From the sequence record PP047752: 64,000 bases of DNA; one strand, given 5' to 3'. The DNA comes from Escherichia phage KEP2. The position numbers were made by a program, and so were the translations under genes. Within the stretch, counting starts at the first letter, position 1; each line of letters begins with the position of its first letter. A model generated the notes under the pieces. The model was not told the DNA's origin and did not search any database. It saw only the letters and a list, made by a program, of their open reading frames with translations. Below, one piece after another: positions 53,448-61,558 of this stretch.

Positions 53448-54517
53448 TTAACCAACACCCAATCTTTTTAGGTGGTGAGAGAAAAACATTCGACTCACTT
53501 AATAAGCACTACCCAAAAATCTTTGAGCTATATAAACAACAAAAAGCACAAGACTGGTCAGAAGATGAGTTCCCTTTTGAACAATCACGCCTTGATTTTG
53601 AGAGTGTACCAGCATCAATGTCAGGTGTAATGCTTGAGATTCTTAAGTGGCAGTGGGAAGCAGATACCCAAGTTGCTAAGAGCTTAGCGTTTGCCTTTGC
53701 GCCATTCATCTCTGATGACATTTATGCAACTGCAATTATGAAGCAGTCTGAGATTGAAAACCTACATGCTCTTACTTACTCGGAGATTGTAAGACAATGT
53801 ATTAAAAATCCTGAAACAATCTTAGATGAGATTAACCAGAACATTGCTGTACAAGACCGATTAAAAACTGTGAATCGTGTTCTTGAAGAATTACTAGATG
53901 AAGGTATAAACTATCGTCTGAGTTATGTCCGTGACTCACTTCTGGACAAAGACCCTTTACACTTCCATAAAGTGATTCTAAAAGGTCTATTTGCAGTGAC
54001 TGCACTTGAAGGTATTTCTTTTATGGCATCCTTTGCATGTACTTTTGCACTTGATGCTCAAGATAAATTTCAAGGTATTGCTCAAGCTGTCCAGAAAATT
54101 ATGCTTGACGAAATCCTTCACACTAAAATTGATATTGAAGTTTTAAAAGAAACTTTAAGAGATGATGAGTGGCAAAAAGCTTTCCAACAAATTCTTCCAG
54201 AGATTAAAGTAATCTTAGATGAAGTAGTTGAAAGTGAAGAGAAATGGTCGTATTATATCTTCTCCGAAGGACGTGCTGTAGTTGGGTTAAATACAAAGCT
54301 TCTTCATGAGTGGGTTTACTACAATGCTGCCCCACTGTATGATATGTTTGGCATTCCCAGAGATTTTGTAGCTCCTAAAGAACCACCTTTGAAGTATATG
54401 ATTAAGAAGATGGAAATTGATAAAGAGCAGAATGCTAATCAGGAGCAACAGAACGGTGCGTACTTATTGAATACTGTTGTAGATGATTTGAATAGTGGAT
54501 TTTTAGAGGTTCCTTAA
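53444..54517 (+). CDS. nrdB: ribonucleotide reductase class Ia small subunit
   Basis: Follows nrdA; start moved to ATG 53444 (MINQHP…) with RBS AAAGGAGAAA. Confidence 0.8.
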   Translation: MINQHPIFLGGERKTFDSLNKHYPKIFELYKQQKAQDWSEDEFPFEQSRLDFESVPASMSGVMLEILKWQWEADTQVAKSLAFAFAPFISDDIYATAIMKQSEIENLHALTYSEIVRQCIKNPETILDEINQNIAVQDRLKTVNRVLEELLDEGINYRLSYVRDSLLDKDPLHFHKVILKGLFAVTALEGISFMASFACTFALDAQDKFQGIAQAVQKIMLDEILHTKIDIEVLKETLRDDEWQKAFQQILPEIKVILDEVVESEEKWSYYIFSEGRAVVGLNTKLLHEWVYYNAAPLYDMFGIPRDFVAPKEPPLKYMIKKMEIDKEQNANQEQQNGAYLLNTVVDDLNSGFLEVP

Positions 54518-54759
54518 TGACTTATGTAATTTACTCCAAAACTGGATGCCCTCAGTGTGAGACTGCAAAGAATTTTGCGAAAGCTCGTGGTATTGACCAT
54601 GTTGTGAGAATGTTAGGGCAGGATTATGAACTGTCAGACCTGATGGATATTGCACAGATGCCAGTTCGTCAGATGCCATTCATCATGAAAACTGACGGTC
54701 AAAACCTAAAACCTGTTGGAACGCTACAGAACTTCATGGCAGAGGTGAATAATGCTTAA
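54517..54759 (+). CDS. nrdH: glutaredoxin-like protein (NrdH-type)
   Basis: CPQC redox motif near N-terminus; 80 aa; follows nrdB. Confidence 0.6.
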   Translation: MTYVIYSKTGCPQCETAKNFAKARGIDHVVRMLGQDYELSDLMDIAQMPVRQMPFIMKTDGQNLKPVGTLQNFMAEVNNA

Positions 54760-54958
54760 ACGCCTTTGGGAAGGTTTGGTTGTTGATGCACCAGCTATTG
54801 TGATTGGTATGCTTGTTGTTAACCTATTTACTGATTTTGAACAAGGTTCATTGTTTGGAGCCATGTTACTATGGGTTATCTTTGAAATATTAGAAATACA
54901 GTTATGTATCACTGAAAAACTAAGAGAACTCTTTTCGAAGTTTTCTAAAAAGATTTAA
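54752..54958 (+). CDS. small membrane protein
   Basis: 68 aa, hydrophobic. Confidence 0.35.
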   Translation: MLKRLWEGLVVDAPAIVIGMLVVNLFTDFEQGSLFGAMLLWVIFEILEIQLCITEKLRELFSKFSKKI

Positions 54959-54964
54959 AATGAA

Positions 54965-54987
54965 AGGGTCTCTTCGGAGACCTTTTT
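54965..54987 (+). terminator. rho-independent terminator
   Basis: GGGTCTC-TTCG-GAGACC followed by TTTTT. Confidence 0.6.
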
Positions 54988-55006
54988 AGCATGTAAAGGG
55001 GCAATA

Positions 55007-57151
55007 ATGAACAAAGTACAAATTATTAAAAAGAATGGCTCACTTGAAGAACCGGATATCAAAAAAGTTTTAGCAGCAGTAACTAAGTCAGCTAACAGAG
55101 TTGGGTATAAAGAACTTCCACCAGATGTTACCCAAGCTCTTGAGTCAGCATTTATGAGGATTCTAGTAAAGTCCACTAAGCAGAATAACTTACTTATCTC
55201 GGTAAATGATATCCACAGTATCGTTGAAGGTGCTTTGGCAGAAGTCAATCACGAGATTTATGAGTCTTACTCAACATACAGAAATTACCGTAAAGAGGTT
55301 GCTCAAAATTGGGATGAGCTTTACCAAAAGACCAGAGACACACTCTTCTTAGGTGACCGTGAAAATGCTAACTTTGACAGTAGTTTAATTTCTACAAAAG
55401 GTTCAATTATTCGTGGTTATCTGACTAAAGAAATCTTTAAACAGTACCATTTAACACCAGAGGAACTTGAATCCATTGAAAAAGGGTTTATCTATATCCA
55501 CGATTTAAGAGACCTGATTTTTTGTGGTATTAACTGTTGCTTGTTTGACATTGGTAAAGTACTGGAAGGTGGCTTTGAAATGTCTGGCATCGAATACTGT
55601 GAACCAAAGTCTGTACTGTCAGCCTTACAAGTTATCGGTGATGTAGTTCTTTCAGCAACTGCACAGCAATTTGGTGGATTTACTTTAGCAGAGATTGACA
55701 AGGTGCTTGTACCGTATGCTAAGAAGTCTCTACGCTATCATGCTGAGAAAGCAGCATCTTACGGTATTCCTAAAGAACATTACCATAACTATGTCATGGA
55801 GCAGCTACAGATTGAATTAACTCAAGGCTTCCAGTCACTAGAGATGAAACTAAATACTGTACCTTGCAGCCGTGGTGATTTTGCATTCACAACTTTAACA
55901 TTTGGTTTACTTGACTCAGATATGTCTAATGAAGACAACCGGCTACAATACATGATTGCAAACACCATTCTTGATGTTCGCATGAATGGACAAGGTAAGA
56001 GTAAGAAGCCTGTTGTATTCCCTAAACTGGTTTATATTCATGACCAGAAGAGACACGATGAGAATATCTGTCAAGGCCAACTGTACAGTAAAGCTATTGA
56101 GTGTTGCTCTAAAGCAATGTATCCAGATTTCTTAAGCGTATCTGGTCATGGTGCTGTAGCAGAGGCTTTTGAGCGTTCTGGCAAGGTAATTTCACCGATG
56201 GGTTGCAGAGCTTTCTTATCCCCATATCTTAACGAGAATGGAGAAGAGTTCTACGTTGGACGTGCTAACATTGGTGCTGTATCTTTGAACTTGCCAATGA
56301 TTTACCAGTATTCTAAAGAGAATGGTTTAGATTTCTGGAAAGAGCTTGATAAGTACCTAGAGATGATTCGCAGCTTCCACAAGAAACGCTACGAAATGAT
56401 TGCTAATATGCCAGCAAGTTCTAACCCTCTTGCATTCACACAAGGTGGTCTGTACAAAGGGACTAAGAAACCTACTGACAAGGTTGGTTGGGATATCGTG
56501 AAGTCCTTCACAGCTTCTTTTGGGGTTACTGCGCTTGATGAGCTGTCTGTTCTTGCTGAAGGTAAACGACTCCATGAAGTTGGAAGCTACAGTTTTGCAT
56601 ACGATGTTCTGGCATACATTAACATGAAAACTGAAGAGTTTAAGAATGAAGATGGCTTCTTATATGCTGTCTATGGTACTCCAGCAGAATCACTTTGCGG
56701 AACTCAGCTAAAACAGTTCAGAGATATGTTTGGCGTTATCAAAGGTGTTTCTGATAAGGAATACTTTACAAACAGTTTCCATATGAATGTTGCAGCAGAC
56801 ATCTCACCATTTGAGAAGCAGGACTTAGAAGAGCCATTCTTCCATATCTGTAGAGGTGGTAGAATCCAGTATGTCAGAGTAGCTAACCCAGAAAACTTAC
56901 CAGCACTTAAAAGTTGTATTACCAGAGGGATGTTGAAGGGTTTTTATCAGGGACTTAACTTTGACTTAGCAATCTGTGAGCATTGCGGTAACAGACCAAA
57001 GGCTGATGTTGAAGAATGTGAGGTTTGCCATTCACATGATATCTCTGTGATTAACAGGGTGTGTGGTTATCTTGGATGGACTAAGATTAAAGGTGAATCC
57101 CGAATGAACGATGCAAAAATCGCTGAGATTCGTGACAGGATTTCTATGTAA
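55007..57151 (+). CDS. nrdD: anaerobic ribonucleoside-triphosphate reductase
   Basis: C-terminal glycyl-radical motif RVCGYLG and CxxC zinc site (CEHCG…CEVC). Confidence 0.85.
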   Translation: MNKVQIIKKNGSLEEPDIKKVLAAVTKSANRVGYKELPPDVTQALESAFMRILVKSTKQNNLLISVNDIHSIVEGALAEVNHEIYESYSTYRNYRKEVAQNWDELYQKTRDTLFLGDRENANFDSSLISTKGSIIRGYLTKEIFKQYHLTPEELESIEKGFIYIHDLRDLIFCGINCCLFDIGKVLEGGFEMSGIEYCEPKSVLSALQVIGDVVLSATAQQFGGFTLAEIDKVLVPYAKKSLRYHAEKAASYGIPKEHYHNYVMEQLQIELTQGFQSLEMKLNTVPCSRGDFAFTTLTFGLLDSDMSNEDNRLQYMIANTILDVRMNGQGKSKKPVVFPKLVYIHDQKRHDENICQGQLYSKAIECCSKAMYPDFLSVSGHGAVAEAFERSGKVISPMGCRAFLSPYLNENGEEFYVGRANIGAVSLNLPMIYQYSKENGLDFWKELDKYLEMIRSFHKKRYEMIANMPASSNPLAFTQGGLYKGTKKPTDKVGWDIVKSFTASFGVTALDELSVLAEGKRLHEVGSYSFAYDVLAYINMKTEEFKNEDGFLYAVYGTPAESLCGTQLKQFRDMFGVIKGVSDKEYFTNSFHMNVAADISPFEKQDLEEPFFHICRGGRIQYVRVANPENLPALKSCITRGMLKGFYQGLNFDLAICEHCGNRPKADVEECEVCHSHDISVINRVCGYLGWTKIKGESRMNDAKIAEIRDRISM

Positions 57152-57153
57152 AA

Positions 57154-57165
57154 CTTGACAAGGTG
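57154..57165 (+). promoter_or_regulatory. third copy of CTTGACAAGGTG motif
   Basis: Same 12-mer as at 2430-2441 and 41880-41891. Confidence 0.35.
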
Positions 57166-57549
57166 GTGTGGGTCTTGATAGGCTTACATCACCTTTTTAT
57201 TTGGAGTTGCATCATGGACTTGTGGCTTTATGTAGCAGTTTGTGGGATTGTATGTCTGATAATCTTATTTATTCTTGGAATAATGAGATTTAGAGACATC
57301 ATACAGTCAGATTTTTTGCCTGAGTTTGCCATGATAGTTGGGGTTATTACACTTTGTGTCTTGGCGGTGTTCTATTCATACAAAACTGTGATATGGATGG
57401 AGGCAAACAATTGTGTAAAAACTCATCAACATCGTGAAGTTACTTATTTTGTGAGTGTACTTAGTGGGAACACCACTATACTTGTCCCACAAACTTCTGT
57501 AGAGTATCTTTACACATGTGATAATGGTAAAACTATATGGTGGAATTAA
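57163..57549 (+). CDS. membrane protein (true start probably downstream)
   Basis: Hydrophobic segments; track start overlaps the conserved motif. Confidence 0.35.
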   Translation: MVWVLIGLHHLFIWSCIMDLWLYVAVCGIVCLIILFILGIMRFRDIIQSDFLPEFAMIVGVITLCVLAVFYSYKTVIWMEANNCVKTHQHREVTYFVSVLSGNTTILVPQTSVEYLYTCDNGKTIWWN

Positions 57550-57752
57550 CAATGACAACACTCTTAAGGGTATTAGCACCCATACTACACATAGCAATCT
57601 TCTTCTTTGGAGTTAGTGTTATGGTATGGGGTTTTTCAGACCCACAATGGAGTTTCGCATATCATGGTCAGATGGATTTATGGTCATGCTTCAAACCATT
57701 TTTAGGGTTAGCTATAGCATTTAGTGCATTACCAACTAAGGTGAAATTATGA
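57537..57752 (+). CDS. small membrane protein
   Basis: 71 aa, two hydrophobic stretches. Confidence 0.35.
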   Translation: MVELTMTTLLRVLAPILHIAIFFFGVSVMVWGFSDPQWSFAYHGQMDLWSCFKPFLGLAIAFSALPTKVKL

Positions 57753-58144
57753 TTAAGTTGAGCAAAAAACAGTTAGAGTGGATTAAAGATTACGCCTCAG
57801 AGTGTGGCTCTTGCGAAAAGAATCACGTAAGATACTCAACATTCCATACAACCTTCACATTGTATGTTGGCGACAACGTTCTAAGTGATTCCGTAGAAGA
57901 TGGTGTAGCGTTGCCTAATGAATTGCTTGACAAATTAGCTGTAGTCACTGGAACTTGGTCTGAAGAAGACGGTCATGAATTATCTGACGATGTTGTCTTC
58001 TACAGTCTTGAAAATATTATGAATCCAGAGTACATTATGCTAATGACTTGTGCACAAGACTGTGTACCATTACAAAACTTCATTAAAGAGCACTGTGAAG
58101 AGTTTATTACTAAACAGGTTCCTTGTGAGGTGGTGTTTGAATGA
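57749..58144 (+). CDS. hypothetical protein
   Basis: 131-aa ORF. Confidence 0.45.
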   Translation: MIKLSKKQLEWIKDYASECGSCEKNHVRYSTFHTTFTLYVGDNVLSDSVEDGVALPNELLDKLAVVTGTWSEEDGHELSDDVVFYSLENIMNPEYIMLMTCAQDCVPLQNFIKEHCEEFITKQVPCEVVFE

Positions 58145-58440
58145 GTAAAACAATTCGAAGAAAAGGTTTAAAGAACGTTCATGGACTCTATGAGTGGAGA
58201 AATGAGGTACGTAACAGAGAAAATGCTTCAGATGTCTACTTCCATTCTGATATGATGTCCAGAAAAGGTGGCTATTATGACTTTACAAGTCAGCCTTGTA
58301 GAGAGATTAAGAAGGCTACTAAACGTCTTACAAGAACACAAATAAGGCAGCTTTCTAAGACATCCTTCTTAGATGAAGACTTTGACATTGATAGCAAGTC
58401 TCCAAAGAAAGCCGCTAATAGCACTTATATGTATTGGTGA
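58141..58440 (+). CDS. hypothetical basic protein
   Basis: 99-aa ORF. Confidence 0.4.
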   Translation: MSKTIRRKGLKNVHGLYEWRNEVRNRENASDVYFHSDMMSRKGGYYDFTSQPCREIKKATKRLTRTQIRQLSKTSFLDEDFDIDSKSPKKAANSTYMYW

Positions 58441-58449
58441 GGTAACTAG

Positions 58450-58935
58450 ATGAATTACATGGAGATTCGACCATTTGACACAGCTAATGGTGAAGGGGTT
58501 CGTGTAAGCCTCTTCGTAGCTGGCTGTAAACATCACTGTGAAGGCTGCTTTAACAGGGAGTCTTGGAAGTTTAATGCTGGTAAAGAGTTTACTTATGCAA
58601 ACCTCTACGGCATCATTAAGTTAATGGATGATAATGCTATCAGTGGGCTGTCAATACTTGGTGGGGAGCCTCTGGATGACAGAAACATTCAAGAGGTCAC
58701 TAACATATGCAAGCGTATTAAAACTGTTTATCCAGAAAAGTCTATATGGCTTTGGACAGGTTTTCAACTGCACGAAAAAATCCACCTAGATGTGATGAAA
58801 TATGTTGACGTGGTGATTGATGGTAAGTATGATTCATCTAAACCAACAGTTAAACCATATCGTGGTTCTGATAACCAAAACCTCTGGAGAAAAGAGTATG
58901 GGTGGCAAGGCGATTGTCAATGGCGAGCAGAATGA
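58450..58935 (+). CDS. nrdG: anaerobic RNR activating protein (radical SAM)
   Basis: CxxxCxxC cluster motif GCKHHCEGC; 161 aa; near nrdD. Confidence 0.75.
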   Translation: MNYMEIRPFDTANGEGVRVSLFVAGCKHHCEGCFNRESWKFNAGKEFTYANLYGIIKLMDDNAISGLSILGGEPLDDRNIQEVTNICKRIKTVYPEKSIWLWTGFQLHEKIHLDVMKYVDVVIDGKYDSSKPTVKPYRGSDNQNLWRKEYGWQGDCQWRAE

Positions 58936-59173
58936 TTATTCTGGTAAGTGGACTTATGACATCAACAAGTTAGATGCCTGGATTATTTATACAAGAGAAA
59001 AATTTGGTGCACATTCATTATGTGCTCTTGCAACGATTGTAAAGAATGTCACCTTTGTCATACATGAGTCAGATAAATTTGGAGACTTCTACAGGATTCA
59101 AAACATCAGAGAAGGTGTAACTCCAATAGGAATCACTGAAGAAGAACTTCATAAGTTTTGTATTAAACTTTAA
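58897..59173 (+). CDS. hypothetical protein
   Basis: Internal ATG of track ORF 58817..59173, avoiding overlap with nrdG. Confidence 0.3.
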
Positions 59174-59188
59174 TGAGAGAGACTAAAA

Positions 59189-59455
59189 ATGGGAATTTTA
59201 GGTAATATGAAGGCTGGCTTCTTGAAGGCACTGGCAAAAGCAGCAGCAATCATTTCTATGACTGGAAAGCAGGTTGGTGTAGATGCTTCAGCAGTTGCAC
59301 AAGTTCTTGCAAGCCAAATTGAACAGCAGCCTTACATCTACGTAGGACGTGGAAAAGGTGGTAAAAAACAAGCACATCGACCAACTGGTGCAGCAGCAAT
59401 TAAACGTGCAGCTAAGAAATCTCGTAACCGTAAACGTAACAAGAAGGCTAAATAA
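59189..59455 (+). CDS. small protein with highly basic C-terminus
   Basis: C-terminal KRAAKKSRNRKRNKKAK. Confidence 0.4.
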   Translation: MGILGNMKAGFLKALAKAAAIISMTGKQVGVDASAVAQVLASQIEQQPYIYVGRGKGGKKQAHRPTGAAAIKRAAKKSRNRKRNKKAK

Positions 59456-59457
59456 TC

Positions 59458-59778
59458 ATGAGCAAAGTTTATAACACTCGTAAATTACAGATTTTCGTAC
59501 TGTGCCAGTTTATGGCTAAAGAGTATAACTACTACTATTGTGGTACAGGGTTCATTAGTGATAATGACGGTTCATATCTACCATTCAAAGAGGCTGTAAA
59601 ACTCTTCAATGAAGAGAAAAGCTCTAAGAAAGATATTGAAAAGGTTAAGCTAACCTACAGCAAGAAAGATAAGAAGATTATCTGCCTAGATAACTTTGTA
59701 AAAGTTACTGGAGAAGCAAAAGAGTTTATGGATGAGAGTGAGATTTCATTCACAAGCATCTTGAAAGTAGCTCAGTAA
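59458..59778 (+). CDS. hypothetical protein
   Basis: 106-aa ORF followed by terminator-like hairpin. Confidence 0.45.
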   Translation: MSKVYNTRKLQIFVLCQFMAKEYNYYYCGTGFISDNDGSYLPFKEAVKLFNEEKSSKKDIEKVKLTYSKKDKKIICLDNFVKVTGEAKEFMDESEISFTSILKVAQ

Positions 59779-59829
59779 ACAGATACTATAAGGGGACTGT
59801 AAAGGTTCCCTTTTTATTTTGGAGATAAA

Positions 59830-60345
59830 ATGTATCTGTCAAACCTGAAACGTTCGGCTGCAATGTCAGTTCTAAGACTCAGCTTTGAGGAACGTCAAGA
59901 GTTCATTGACTCCCACCAATACGACCCTTCTAACTCAAATCACATGATTCTCTGGAATCGTGAGAGTACTCGTGAAAGAGCACTATTCCGCTATTATCCA
60001 CACTACACTATAGATAACCTGTATGAATGTTTTGTTGTGAAGAACACCATTACAGTTCTCAATAAACTTTGCAGATACACAGGTAGTCAATCCTTCACAT
60101 TAGGTCACCACAAGCCTGTTACAAAAGGTGGTGAACATCACTGCGCAAACTGGTTTATCCAAACTAAAGCTGATAACCAGAAGCAAGGAGATAGCCTTCT
60201 AAGCACTCCTAAGATGACCTATGAAGAGCAAGAGAGATATATCAAAAATAATATGCCAGATGTGCTTGACAACAACTATACAGATTTGGCAATATCTCTC
60301 CTGTTGAAGTTTGAGACAGTTTATAGGGCAACTTACAATGGCTAA
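59830..60345 (+). CDS. HNH-motif nuclease-like protein
   Basis: LGHHKPVTKGGEHHCANWFIQTKADNQK (HH…GG…N…N..K pattern). Confidence 0.4.
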   Translation: MYLSNLKRSAAMSVLRLSFEERQEFIDSHQYDPSNSNHMILWNRESTRERALFRYYPHYTIDNLYECFVVKNTITVLNKLCRYTGSQSFTLGHHKPVTKGGEHHCANWFIQTKADNQKQGDSLLSTPKMTYEEQERYIKNNMPDVLDNNYTDLAISLLLKFETVYRATYNG

Positions 60346-60616
60346 AGAGAAGTGGGAGATTCTACCATTAGTGAGTGAAGGTGGTAACGGCTGTGAGATG
60401 TACATGATACGTGGTCATGTCCCAGAACCAATTGCACTTGAGATGGTAAACAATTTTACAGATGGCTCTTACAAAGATTTAGGAGAGCCAACTATAAAGC
60501 ATCAATGGGTCAAACCTGTACCAGACAGCACAGGTAACTGTAGTGTACTTTATCACGTTGTAGACCCTGCAAAATGCAAATCTGCAATGGCAGTAACAAA
60601 CATAACCTTTGATTGA
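60338..60616 (+). CDS. hypothetical protein
   Basis: Internal ATG (MAKEKWEIL…) of track ORF 60311..60616. Confidence 0.35.
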   Translation: MAKEKWEILPLVSEGGNGCEMYMIRGHVPEPIALEMVNNFTDGSYKDLGEPTIKHQWVKPVPDSTGNCSVLYHVVDPAKCKSAMAVTNITFD

Positions 60617-60629
60617 GAGAGAGAAAACT

Positions 60630-61511
60630 ATGAAAACTGTTATTGAAGTCGTTGTCACCGCACAAGAGAAATTCTTCCACACAGAAAAATTTAATATCAT
60701 CCAATTCCCATCTGGAGAAATTGGTGGAAACTTCTCTGAAGATTTTGTTAAGTTTACTGAGCGTAATGCTGGTAAGATTGACAATGTTATACTTACTGTG
60801 CAGGGATATGATAAAGATACACTGTTTGCATTAGCTTTGGCTAAGGATGCCATTGACAGCCTTGTTCCATATAAATCAGCGATGAAAACCGTTGTTTTCG
60901 GGTTCTTACCGAATGCTCGATATGACCGCCATATGTTCAAAGGCGATTCAGCAGCACTAAAAGCTTTTGCCAACCTCGTTAATGCAATGGGCTTTGATGC
61001 AGTATGTGCTCTTGACCCTCACAGTAATGTTGCAGAAAACTTATTTAAGTGCTTCCAAAGCATGAAGCAAAAAGATGTGGCAGTACACTTTGCAAGTGAC
61101 CCACGCATTGATTTCTTGGTAGCCCCAGATGCAGGTGCAGCTAAGAAGACTGAAGAGACTGCTAAAGAGGTGGATAAACCATACATCACAATGTCTAAAG
61201 TACGTAACCTTAAGACTGGTGAAATTACTGGTATGCGAATCCTTGATGATGTTGATTTGACCGATAAAACTGTCATGATTCTCGATGATATCTGTGATGG
61301 TGGTCGAACCTTCATAGAAGCAGCTAAACATCTTCGTGAAGCAGGTGCAAAACGTGTGGAACTCTATGTAACTCATGGCATTTTCTCTAAAGGTGTTGAA
61401 AACTTACTTGACAATGGTATTGACCATATCTACACTACAAACTCTTTAGGGGAAGCTAAAGACCGTGGCTTAACACATTATGCCCAAGTTACTGTAATTA
61501 CCATTGATTGA
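60630..61511 (+). CDS. ribose-phosphate pyrophosphokinase-like protein (Prs family; possibly ADPR-pyrophosphate synthetase)
   Basis: PRTase-type PRPP loop VMILDDICDGGRT; ~295 aa; directly upstream of NAMPT-like gene. Confidence 0.55.
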   Translation: MKTVIEVVVTAQEKFFHTEKFNIIQFPSGEIGGNFSEDFVKFTERNAGKIDNVILTVQGYDKDTLFALALAKDAIDSLVPYKSAMKTVVFGFLPNARYDRHMFKGDSAALKAFANLVNAMGFDAVCALDPHSNVAENLFKCFQSMKQKDVAVHFASDPRIDFLVAPDAGAAKKTEETAKEVDKPYITMSKVRNLKTGEITGMRILDDVDLTDKTVMILDDICDGGRTFIEAAKHLREAGAKRVELYVTHGIFSKGVENLLDNGIDHIYTTNSLGEAKDRGLTHYAQVTVITID

Positions 61512-61519
61512 AACTTTAT

Positions 61520-61542
61520 AGGGGGCTTCAAAGCCCCATTTT
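61520..61542 (+). terminator. hairpin with T-run between Prs-like and NAMPT-like genes
   Basis: GGGGGCT-TCAA-AGCCCC followed by ATTTT. Confidence 0.45.
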
Positions 61543-61558
61543 GAGAGAGATTAAAAAG

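Noticed and set aside
61508-61558. Track start for the NAMPT-like gene at 61508
   Set aside because: Position 61508 is TTG and sits inside the hairpin after the Prs-like gene; ATG 61559 with an upstream purine-rich RBS is the more plausible start.
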